58,668 nt of DNA from an uncultured Candidatus Saccharibacteria bacterium (GTDB lineage Bacteria > Patescibacteriota > Minisyncoccia > Minisyncoccales > JAGGXC01): the NCBI GenBank assembly GCA_964607015.1, contig CAZSHN010000001.1, forward strand, positions 1 through 58,668, in the 5' to 3' direction. The notes beneath the pieces are model-generated. The model did no database searches, had not been told where the DNA came from, and was given only the letters and a program-made list of their open reading frames with translations. A program made the position numbers and the translations under genes. Shown in pieces: positions 17,905 to 25,539 of this stretch (the first letter of the stretch is position 1; the number at the start of each line of letters is the position of its first letter).

Positions 17905-18843
17905 TTAACTTTTAAATCCATTGGCAATAACAACTACTTTTATTTCTCCTTCTTTCAATCCTTTGTCTCGAGCAGCTCCAAAAATAATCTTTGCACGAGG
18001 ATTAACACTTTTGGTAATTATTTTTGCCACTGTATTTACTTCAAAAAGAGTAAGATCTTTTGAGCCAGCGACATTGAATAGAACTCCTTTAGCTCCCTTA
18101 ATAGAAAAATTAAGCAAAGGAGAATTAATAGCTCTTAAGGTAGCAGTAGTCGCTCTTTTTGATCCAGTAGCTCTACCGATTCCAAAAATAGCAGGCCCGG
18201 AATTTTTCATTATTGACTTAATGTCAGCAAAATCAAGATTAATAATTCCTGGTTTAACAATCAAATCAGAGATTCCTTGAACTGCTTCTCTTAAAACTTC
18301 ATCGCAGGCCCAGAAAGCATCTTCTAACAAAATATCTCTATCTTTCATCTTTAATAATTTGTCATTTGGTATTACTAGAAGAGTGTCTACTTTTTCTCTT
18401 AACCTCTTTAATCCTTTCTGAGCAATTCTTTTTCTTGTATTTCCTTCAAAGGTAAAAGGCTTAGTAACTACTGCAATAGTTAAAGCTCCTGATTTTTTTG
18501 CAATTTCTGCAACAACCGGACTAGCGCCAGTACCAGTTCCTCCGCCAAGACCACAAGCAATAAAAATCATATCTGAGTCTTTAAGAACTTCTTCAATTTC
18601 TTCTTTGCTCTCTATCGCTGACTTCTCTCCTAACTTATAATCCATGCCAGTTCCAAGCCCTTGAGTTGCTTCTTTTCCTATCTGCATTTTCAAATCAGCT
18701 TTAGCTGATTTAATATCTTGAGCATCTGTATTCATAACAACAAGATCTACTCCGGAAATATCGTAGTCCATCATTCTAGTGATAGCGTTCGATCCTGACC
18801 CTCCTATCCCTATTACTTTTATTCTTGGTTTATTTTTTTTCAT
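17905..18843 (-). CDS. ftsZ: Cell-division GTPase FtsZ (core only, no C-terminal linker/tail)
   Basis: 312 aa. IKVIGIGGSGSNAITRM, NTDAQ and the tubulin signature GLGGGTGTGASPVVAEIAK are present. The protein stops at ..IKVVVIANGFKS, where the conserved core normally ends. Confidence 0.95.
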   Translation of the reverse strand: MKKNKPRIKVIGIGGSGSNAITRMMDYDISGVDLVVMNTDAQDIKSAKADLKMQIGKEATQGLGTGMDYKLGEKSAIESKEEIEEVLKDSDMIFIACGLGGGTGTGASPVVAEIAKKSGALTIAVVTKPFTFEGNTRKRIAQKGLKRLREKVDTLLVIPNDKLLKMKDRDILLEDAFWACDEVLREAVQGISDLIVKPGIINLDFADIKSIMKNSGPAIFGIGRATGSKRATTATLRAINSPLLNFSIKGAKGVLFNVAGSKDLTLFEVNTVAKIITKSVNPRAKIIFGAARDKGLKEGEIKVVVIANGFKS

Positions 18844-20072
18844 GGAATAAATATTCTAAAAAATCTTTTAATTTTTGAAGTTGCGCCTCTTGAACCAGAA
18901 AAAACTCTATCAGTTTCATACCCTTCTCCGTCTGATACTAAACCGCAAACAGAAGCAAGAGAAGGATCTTTTTCAAGGCCAACAAACCCTCTCGGCTTTC
19001 CAATTTTACAAGGAAGCTTCAAATCTCTCTTAGCTAAATCTTTTATCTTAGAAATCTTAGATCCTCCGCCAACAAGAACAATTCCTGCAGGTAAAAGTTT
19101 TTGTCTTGATATTTTTTTAAGCTCTTTGTTGACTTGGTCAAAGATTTCAGAAACACGAGCCTCAATAACATCAATAAGCATTTTTTCCGAGAAAGAAAGA
19201 GAGTCAGAAATTTCTATTTTTTTCTTCTTATACCTTCCCTTTTTCTTTTTCACTCTCATGCAAACTCCATACTCTCTTTTAATCTTTTCTGCTAAATCAA
19301 TGTCGCACTTCAAAGCAATAGCAATGTCATTAGTAATATGATTGGAGCCAATAGGGATCACTGCGGAATGAATCAATTTCTCTTCTTCAAAAACAACCAA
19401 TCCTGTTGTTTCTGCTCCAATATCTATTAAGGCGACTCCGAGTTCTTTTTGCTGATTTGTTAAAACTGACTCTGCTGCTGCGACAGAAGAATATCTTAAG
19501 TCAGCAAGCTGAAGGTCAGCACTAAGAATTGCTTTAGTTAAATTTTGTAAATAAGGAGAAAGCACTGACAATAAAAGTACATCTGTTTCTAGCCTAGTTC
19601 CTTTCATCCCTAAGACTTCTTTTATTCCTGCTTCTCCGTCAACAATAAACTCTTTTGGAAAAACATCAAGAATTTCTCTGTTAGAAGGAATGCTGACTGT
19701 TTGAGCATTTTGAATAACTCTATTTACATCTTCTTGGGAAATCTCTCTGTCAGCCCTGGAAACTGCTATCATTCCATGAGAAGATTCAATATTAATATGA
19801 GAACCATTAATATTAGAAAAAACAGAATCTATTTCATGGCCACTAGCATTTTCCGCCTCTTCTATTAATAAATTAATCTCTTCTGCTAATTCATCTGGCT
19901 TAACAACAATCCCTTTTCTTACCCCCACTGAAGGTCTGGTAGCACAAGCTAAAACTTCAAAATCAGTATCTTCCTCTCCTCTTGTAACAACTAAAACTTT
20001 TATCTTGTCACTTCCTATATCAAGCCCTGTTATAATGTTATTTTTTTTGCCAAACACAAAAAGATTAATCAA
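18840..20072 (-). CDS. ftsA: Cell-division protein FtsA
   Basis: 410 aa. Actin-fold motifs are present (ITGLDIGSDKIKVLV, ALIDIGAETTGLVVF, GIVLVGGGSKI), plus a C-terminal amphipathic helix KIKRFFRIFIP. It overlaps ftsZ by 4 nt. Confidence 0.9.
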   Translation of the reverse strand: MINLFVFGKKNNIITGLDIGSDKIKVLVVTRGEEDTDFEVLACATRPSVGVRKGIVVKPDELAEEINLLIEEAENASGHEIDSVFSNINGSHINIESSHGMIAVSRADREISQEDVNRVIQNAQTVSIPSNREILDVFPKEFIVDGEAGIKEVLGMKGTRLETDVLLLSVLSPYLQNLTKAILSADLQLADLRYSSVAAAESVLTNQQKELGVALIDIGAETTGLVVFEEEKLIHSAVIPIGSNHITNDIAIALKCDIDLAEKIKREYGVCMRVKKKKGRYKKKKIEISDSLSFSEKMLIDVIEARVSEIFDQVNKELKKISRQKLLPAGIVLVGGGSKISKIKDLAKRDLKLPCKIGKPRGFVGLEKDPSLASVCGLVSDGEGYETDRVFSGSRGATSKIKRFFRIFIP

Positions 20073-20503
20073 TTAATATTTGAAAGATAATAATTTTGTT
20101 TATCTTCCATTTTTTTAGCTTCTTCTTCAGACCTTTCATGGTCGTATCCTAATAAATGCAATATTCCGTGAATTAAAACTTTGGTCAATTCTTTTTCTTG
20201 ATCAATTTCTTGTTCACGAGCATCTTTCTTTACCTTTTCAAGACAAATCAGAACTTCTCCCAAATGATTATTTCTAATTTCAGGATAATCAGAAGAAACA
20301 TCTGATTCAGAAAAAGAAAGAACATTTGTTACTTCGTTCTTTCCTCGATAACTATTATTTACTTTCTTAATCTCTTCAGATTCAACTATCGCAATTGACA
20401 AATCTGCTCCTTCCTTATCTTCACCTTTTATTACTTCTTCGGCAACTTTCTTAATAAAAGATTTATCAATAGAAGAAGTGGTCAAGTTATTGATTTCTAT
20501 CAT
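20069..20503 (-). CDS. ybeY: Endoribonuclease YbeY (rRNA maturation factor)
   Basis: 144 aa with the metal-binding motif HGILHLLGYDH. Confidence 0.9.
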   Translation of the reverse strand: MIEINNLTTSSIDKSFIKKVAEEVIKGEDKEGADLSIAIVESEEIKKVNNSYRGKNEVTNVLSFSESDVSSDYPEIRNNHLGEVLICLEKVKKDAREQEIDQEKELTKVLIHGILHLLGYDHERSEEEAKKMEDKQNYYLSNIN

Positions 20504-20545
20504 AGCTTAAATATATATTATCAAACTAAAGAACCTAAATCAATA

Positions 20546-20573
20546 AAGGCGACGCTGGGGAAACGTCGCTTTG
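20546..20573 (-). terminator. Intrinsic terminator after the yqeY-like gene
   Basis: On the minus strand: GCGACG-TTTCCCCAG-CGTCGC followed by CTTTATTGATTT. Confidence 0.55.
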
Positions 20574-20598
20574 TAACAAAATACATAATAATAAAATA

Positions 20599-21096
20599 TT
20601 ATTGAGAAAGTAGGTTTCTAACTATTTCATTGACCATTTTCCCGTCAGCCTTACCCTTAACTTTTGGCATAATTGAACTCATCACTTTTCCTATGTCTTG
20701 CATTCCAGATGCTCCTATCTCGTTAATAACTTTTTCCGCTATCTCTTTAATTTCATCTTCAGACATTTGCTCTGGCAAATAATCTGAAAGAATTTCTATT
20801 TCTTTTTCTTCCTTCTCTGCCAATTCTTCTCTTCCAGCTTTTCTGTATTCAGAAACTGATTCTTTTCTCTTTTTCACTTCAGAAAAAATAACTTCAGTTA
20901 ACTCTTCTTGATTAAGCTTGCTTTTCTCCTCAAGTTCCTCCTCTCCTATCTCTCCTTTTTTAGATAGCTCTAACCTCTTCTCTTTTTCTTTATTTAGAAT
21001 AGCAGAAGTTAACATTCTTAAAGTAGAGGTTTTGAGTTCCTCTTTTTTCTTCAAAGAATTATTCAAGTCACTTTTGATCTTCTCTCTTAGGTCCAT
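20599..21096 (-). CDS. GatB/YqeY-domain protein
   Basis: The track ORF (to 21204) overlaps rpsU. The internal ATG at 21096 gives MDLREKIKSDLNNSLKKKEELKTSTLRMLTSAILNKEKE..., the standard YqeY N-terminus, with a C-terminal GKVMSSIMPKVKGKADGKMVNEIVRNLL block. Confidence 0.8.
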   Translation of the reverse strand: MDLREKIKSDLNNSLKKKEELKTSTLRMLTSAILNKEKEKRLELSKKGEIGEEELEEKSKLNQEELTEVIFSEVKKRKESVSEYRKAGREELAEKEEKEIEILSDYLPEQMSEDEIKEIAEKVINEIGASGMQDIGKVMSSIMPKVKGKADGKMVNEIVRNLLSQ

Positions 21097-21104
21097 AAAA
21101 CAAA

Positions 21105-21329
21105 TTATTGTCCAAGTTTTCTCTTCTTGTCGTACTCCTTTCTTAGTTCTTGCTTTTTCAAAGCATCTCTTTTCTTTAATTGGGCACTCTTTTCTTTTGT
21201 CCAATATCTTGTCTTTCTTGCTTGAAGTAAAACACCACTTTTTTTAACACTCTTGGTAAAGCGTCTAATCAAACTTTGGTTGCTTTCGTTTTGTTTACGG
21301 TTTACCTCTATTACCATGTTTCTCTTCAT
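21105..21329 (-). CDS. rpsU: 30S ribosomal protein S21
   Basis: 74 aa and basic. IEVNRKQNESNQSLIRRFTKSVKKSGVLLQARKTRYWTKEKSAQLKKR matches the S21 pattern (..v.....e....alrRFkr...k.G.l.e.r.r..yekp...rk). The start could instead be the second ATG (MVIEV). Confidence 0.85.
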   Translation of the reverse strand: MKRNMVIEVNRKQNESNQSLIRRFTKSVKKSGVLLQARKTRYWTKEKSAQLKKRDALKKQELRKEYDKKRKLGQ

Positions 21330-21346
21330 AAATTTTATTTACTTAA

Positions 21347-21712
21347 TTAACTTTTATATCCATCAATAGGACTAATATCTTCTCTAAGAGGAGCTCCTCC
21401 TAGAAGATGCAGATGAATATGCTCAATCTCCTGCCCTCCATGACGACCCACTCTTAAAAGAAGTTTATATCCATCTTTAGCAATACCAAGGTTATCAGCT
21501 ATTTCCTTGGCTGTCAAAATCATTTTTCCCATAAGTTCAATATCATCTTCTTCAACATCGTTTATACTAGCAATGTGCTTTTTGGGAATAATTAAAACAT
21601 GAACCGGAGTTAAAGGATTAATATCGTTAAAGGCAACTATTTCTTCTCCTTCGTAAACCAGTTCAGTCGATGTTTCTTTGTTTGCAATTTTACAAAAAAG
21701 GCAATCTTTCAT
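21347..21712 (-). CDS. HIT-family (histidine triad) nucleotide hydrolase
   Basis: 121 aa. CLFCKI is at the N-terminus and the histidine triad is HIHLHLLGG. Confidence 0.9.
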   Translation of the reverse strand: MKDCLFCKIANKETSTELVYEGEEIVAFNDINPLTPVHVLIIPKKHIASINDVEEDDIELMGKMILTAKEIADNLGIAKDGYKLLLRVGRHGGQEIEHIHLHLLGGAPLREDISPIDGYKS

Positions 21713-23049
21713 TATATTCTTTTTTTAATTTCTTTTACTACTTTATCAATGTCTACTGCAGTTTGTTTTCCAGTTTTCATGTTTCTTATCAATATCTCTT
21801 TGTCAATTACTTCTTTTTGACCAAGGATTAGCGAATATTTTACACCCCACCTGTCAGCAGCTTTTAGCTGAGATTTTAAAGAATCTTTATCAAATGCTGT
21901 AACAACTGACACTCTAGATTTTCTAAACTTTTCCATCAGTTTAAGACTTTCTATTTTTGCTTTCTTGCCAAGCTGAGCTAAGAAAACTTTAGGCTTCTTT
22001 TTCTTATAAGGCCTAATATCTCTGATTTTCATTAACTCAATTATTCTTTCTACTCCAGCTGCTACTCCAAAAGCAGGAATATCGTTGCCGCCTAGAGTTT
22101 TTGCTAAATCATCATATCTTCCTCCTCCGCCTAATGCATTCTTTGCAAGAGATTTAGAAATATCCTCTTCTTTCCCCTCTTCTAGGCTCTTTGAAAGAGG
22201 AAGACCGTCCTCGTCACTAGGCACTACTTCAAAAACTGTCTTAGTATAATAATCCAACCCTCTCACTAGATAAGGATTAAGGTGATAAGGCAACTCTAAC
22301 TCGTCTAAAAATTCTAACACTTCTTTAAAATGACCATGACATTCTTTACAAAGATGATCTATAATCTGAGGAGCCGAACTTACAATTTCTTTACATTTGT
22401 CCTGTTTGCAATCAAGAATCCTCAAAGGATTATCTTTAAATCTTTTCTGACAATCTTTACATAAAGAAGAGCGATATGATCTTAAATGATTCTTCAACAG
22501 TTTTTTGTAATAAGGTCGGCATTGAGAACAACCAATACTATTAATCTCTATAACCAGATTATCAAACTTTAATTTCTTTAATATTTCATAGAAGATTTGA
22601 ATGACCTGAGCGTCAATTACAGGATTTCCATCTCCTAAAACTTCTAACCCTGTTTGCCAAAATTGACGATACCTTCCAGCCTGAGGTCTTTCATAGCGAA
22701 AGAAAGGACCAAAATACCAAAGTTTTACTGGCTGAGGAAGGGTTTTCATTCCGTGTTCGATATAAGACCTAACTATTGGAGCTGTTCCTTCTGGCCTTAA
22801 GGCAAGCAAGTCCCCTCCTCTGGTCTTCAATACATACATTTGTTTTTGAACCACTTCTGTTCCTTCGCCAACTCCTTTTGTAAAGAGATCAGCGTCTTCT
22901 ACAATAGGAGTATCAATTTTACCAAACCTATAATACCTAGCTAAACTCTGAAACGCTTTATGCACTTCTTTAAAATACCTTTGCTCTTTAGGAAGAACAT
23001 CGTGCATTCCGGAAGGACTCTGAGCTTTTTTCTTTTTTTTCTTCACCAT
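21712..23049 (-). CDS. hisS: Histidyl-tRNA synthetase
   Basis: 445 aa. Class II motifs are present (LALRPEGTAPIVR, FRYERPQAGRYRQFWQ, GGGGRYD). It also has a Cys-rich insertion domain and a C-terminal anticodon-binding domain. Confidence 0.95.
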   Translation of the reverse strand: MVKKKKKKAQSPSGMHDVLPKEQRYFKEVHKAFQSLARYYRFGKIDTPIVEDADLFTKGVGEGTEVVQKQMYVLKTRGGDLLALRPEGTAPIVRSYIEHGMKTLPQPVKLWYFGPFFRYERPQAGRYRQFWQTGLEVLGDGNPVIDAQVIQIFYEILKKLKFDNLVIEINSIGCSQCRPYYKKLLKNHLRSYRSSLCKDCQKRFKDNPLRILDCKQDKCKEIVSSAPQIIDHLCKECHGHFKEVLEFLDELELPYHLNPYLVRGLDYYTKTVFEVVPSDEDGLPLSKSLEEGKEEDISKSLAKNALGGGGRYDDLAKTLGGNDIPAFGVAAGVERIIELMKIRDIRPYKKKKPKVFLAQLGKKAKIESLKLMEKFRKSRVSVVTAFDKDSLKSQLKAADRWGVKYSLILGQKEVIDKEILIRNMKTGKQTAVDIDKVVKEIKKRI

Positions 23050-23066
23050 AAATTACTTATTCGAGA

Positions 23067-23612
23067 TTAATAAGAAGGAACATAAATTTTAGAAAAAGAA
23101 TCAAAAGGCCATGCTCGCAGATAAGCTCTACCAATAATATTTTCTTCTCTAAGGGGGCCAAATTTTCTTGAATCAAAGGAAGCTATTCGATTATCACCTA
23201 AAACAAAATACTCTCCTTCCTGCAAAGAAACTCTCATATCTCCTGTAGTAGTTATACTAATAGGAATATAGCTATTTTCATAAAGAACTCTTTCTCCTTT
23301 TTGGTCATAAACAACAATAACTCCATCCTCTATTTCAATAGTTTCTCCAGGAAGCCCAATAACTCTCTTGATGTACCTGCTTGACTGAGGTCCTGGAGAC
23401 TCAAACACAATCACCTCTCCTCTTTTAGGAGAGTTAAATCTATAAGTTATTTCGTCAACAATTAAATAATCGCCATCAGAGAAATTAGGCTCCATTGATT
23501 CCCCTCTTACAACGAAAGGTTGGAATAAAAAAAACCTAACAGGAATCACTATCAATAATGCAATAATAACAATCTTTAATATTTCAAAAGTAAAAGACAG
23601 AAAATTCTTCAT
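23067..23612 (-). CDS. lepB: Signal peptidase I
   Basis: 181 aa with a TM anchor. Motifs are GESMEPNF (catalytic Ser box), YIKRVIGLPGE (Lys box) and GDNRIASFDSR. Confidence 0.9.
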   Translation of the reverse strand: MKNFLSFTFEILKIVIIALLIVIPVRFFLFQPFVVRGESMEPNFSDGDYLIVDEITYRFNSPKRGEVIVFESPGPQSSRYIKRVIGLPGETIEIEDGVIVVYDQKGERVLYENSYIPISITTTGDMRVSLQEGEYFVLGDNRIASFDSRKFGPLREENIIGRAYLRAWPFDSFSKIYVPSY

Positions 23613-23678
23613 AGTTTTATTATTATAACAATATTCTAAAATTTAACAAGTGCCCCTTTTTCTTCTCTTTTTCTACTG

Positions 23679-23687
23679 TGATATAAT
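23679..23687 (+). promoter_or_regulatory. Extended -10 promoter (TGATATAAT) immediately upstream of pth
   Basis: TG-A-TATAAT lies at 23679..23687, only 6 nt before the ATG at 23694. There is no SD. Confidence 0.4.
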
Positions 23688-23693
23688 ATAAGA

Positions 23694-24272
23694 ATGATTT
23701 TAGTAATAGGTTTAGGAAATCCAGGAAAAAAATACGAGAAAACCAGGCATAATATCGGCTGGGAAGTTTTAGATAAATTCAAAAATAAAAATGACTTCCA
23801 ATCCTGGAAAGAAGACAAAAAAACAAAAGCAATGATTAGCAAAGGAATGTTTGATAAAAAAGAGGTTCAGCTTATAAAACCTCTTACCTTTATGAATTTA
23901 TCAGGAGAAGCAATAAAGAACTTGTTAAATTATTATAAGATAAAGCCAGAAGAAATGATTGTTGTTCATGATGATATGGATATTGAATTCGGTAAGATAA
24001 AAGTATCGAAAAAAAGAGGAACAGCAGGACACAAAGGAGTCCTTTCTATAATAAATATGTTAAAAACAAAAAACTTCACCAGGGTAAGAATTGGAATAAA
24101 GCCTAAAAATAAAAAAATAATCAGTACAGAAAAGTTTGTTCTTTCCTCTTTTAATAAAAAGGAAGAAGAAAAATTAGAAGAAATCACAAATAAATCTATT
24201 GAAGCAGTAGAGGCAGTAATAAAAGAAGGGCCTCAAAAAGCAATGAACATTTTCAATAAAAAACTGGAGTAA
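23694..24272 (+). CDS. pth: Peptidyl-tRNA hydrolase
   Basis: 192 aa. LVIGLGNPGKKYEKTRHNIGW is the canonical Pth N-terminus. VVHDDMD and GHKG motifs are present. Confidence 0.95.
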   Translation: MILVIGLGNPGKKYEKTRHNIGWEVLDKFKNKNDFQSWKEDKKTKAMISKGMFDKKEVQLIKPLTFMNLSGEAIKNLLNYYKIKPEEMIVVHDDMDIEFGKIKVSKKRGTAGHKGVLSIINMLKTKNFTRVRIGIKPKNKKIISTEKFVLSSFNKKEEEKLEEITNKSIEAVEAVIKEGPQKAMNIFNKKLE

Positions 24273-24296
24273 TTAAATTTACTCCAGGATACAATA

Positions 24297-24491
24297 TTAC
24301 ATTTTTGAGTCAGACAAAACTCCTGCTAGCAAGAAAAGTGCACCGACAATAAGAATGATCACGCTGGGAACAACTAAATACATTTCCAAAAGAAGTACTG
24401 ATTTGATAAGACCGAAACATCCTAATAAAACAATTACGAGACCTAAATACATTATTGCTAGCACCAATTTGTTCTCTCTACCCTTCTTCAA
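24297..24491 (-). CDS. Small two-TM membrane protein, unknown function
   Basis: The track start (GTG at 24500) lies inside the SD AAGGAGGTG. TTG at 24491, 8 nt after GGAGG, is the better start. The product is hydrophobic (LAIMYLGLVIVLLGCFGL, VPSVIILIVGALFLLAGVL). Confidence 0.4.
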   Translation of the reverse strand: MKKGRENKLVLAIMYLGLVIVLLGCFGLIKSVLLLEMYLVVPSVIILIVGALFLLAGVLSDSKM

Positions 24492-24576
24492 TAAAATCAC
24501 CTCCTTTTATTATAAAGAACTTGCTAGTTAATTATAATCATAAAAACAAGTAAAAGTAAATAAAAAAAATAGGGTT

Positions 24577-25236
24577 TTAATCCCTATATATTTTTTTTAA
24601 TTTTTTTCGCGCGTCACAAAATCTTAGTATAGCAGTATTGAATCCTCCTACTGCAAACAATATTGTCATCCATCCTAGAAAAGTAAACGTTGGAGAGTTG
24701 GAAAAAATAACTATTTCCTCCCACCAGATAGAGTTCAAGACAAGTACGATTATCATAATAAGTAATCGCCAAACTCTTCCAAGTCCTCCGTAGTTTCTTG
24801 ATAAACCAACTGTTTTTGACAATGATCCAAGATTCGAGGTTAAAGAAACTCCTCCTACAGCAAAAGCCACTATAGGCCATCTAACAAATCCTCCTAATCC
24901 AATTGAGAGAATTAAGGCCAAATCAGCAACACGATCTAAGCTGTGATCAAGATAATCTCCTGACTTATTCTCAACGTTTCTTATTCTCGCCAAATTACCA
25001 TCTAAAGCATCAAGAAAAGAACTTAATGCTAATGCTATAGCTGCAAAAAAAAGCATAATTCTAAACTGATAAGTGCCAGCAGCATAAATAAAAAAAGAGG
25101 CAACAAAGGCAAGAAAAAGAGAAATTATTGTTATTCCATCGGGCGTAATAAAAGAAGGTACTTTTCTGCTGACCTTCTCTAAAACAATATCGCTTTTTTC
25201 TCTTGATGACGCAATACTTTCTTTTTCTTTAGACAT
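24577..25236 (-). CDS. CDP-alcohol phosphatidyltransferase family enzyme
   Basis: 219 aa, polytopic. The signature D-x2-DG-x2-AR-x8-G-x3-D-x3-D is seen as DALDGNLARIRNVENKSGDYLDHSLDRVAD. Confidence 0.85.
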   Translation of the reverse strand: MSKEKESIASSREKSDIVLEKVSRKVPSFITPDGITIISLFLAFVASFFIYAAGTYQFRIMLFFAAIALALSSFLDALDGNLARIRNVENKSGDYLDHSLDRVADLALILSIGLGGFVRWPIVAFAVGGVSLTSNLGSLSKTVGLSRNYGGLGRVWRLLIMIIVLVLNSIWWEEIVIFSNSPTFTFLGWMTILFAVGGFNTAILRFCDARKKLKKIYRD

Positions 25237-25430
25237 TCTATCTCTCTCCTATAAATATTTTTAAAAAAACTTTTTGTTCTTAAAGCTACCTGCGAGTGAA
25301 TAGGGCCTTCAAACATAAGCCTAAAAACCCTAAGTCTTTCAGCTACTTATTAAGTTAAGGAGGGATCACTTAATTTTTGCTACTCCCAGATAGCTTTAAA
25401 AGCAAAAAGCTTTACTTAAAGCTATTCTAT

Positions 25431-25458
25431 ATTATAATTAATTAAGGATTTTTGTCAA
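25431..25458 (-). promoter_or_regulatory. Consensus promoter on the minus strand, about 190 nt upstream of the CDP-alcohol phosphatidyltransferase start
   Basis: The reverse strand reads TTGACA (25458..25453), a 16-nt spacer, then TATAAT (25436..25431). Both hexamers are perfect. Confidence 0.55.
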
Positions 25459-25539
25459 GAAAAAATCTTTTCCACTATTCGTCTTTTGCAAAAGAAAGAA
25501 TAATTAGTTAAAAAGATAAAATTAACTTATTGAAAAAAA

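Noticed and set aside
21097-21204. A 36-codon N-terminal extension of the YqeY-like ORF (MDKRKECPIKEK...)
   Set aside because: It overlaps the rpsU coding region in another frame. The internal ATG at 21096 gives the canonical YqeY N-terminus and leaves an 8-nt gap after the rpsU stop.
25357-25364. AAGGAGGG on the + strand as an SD for a small + strand ORF upstream of topA
   Set aside because: No start codon follows within a usable distance, and no ORF is present. The sequence makes more sense as the complement of an anti-SD box in the minus-strand leader.
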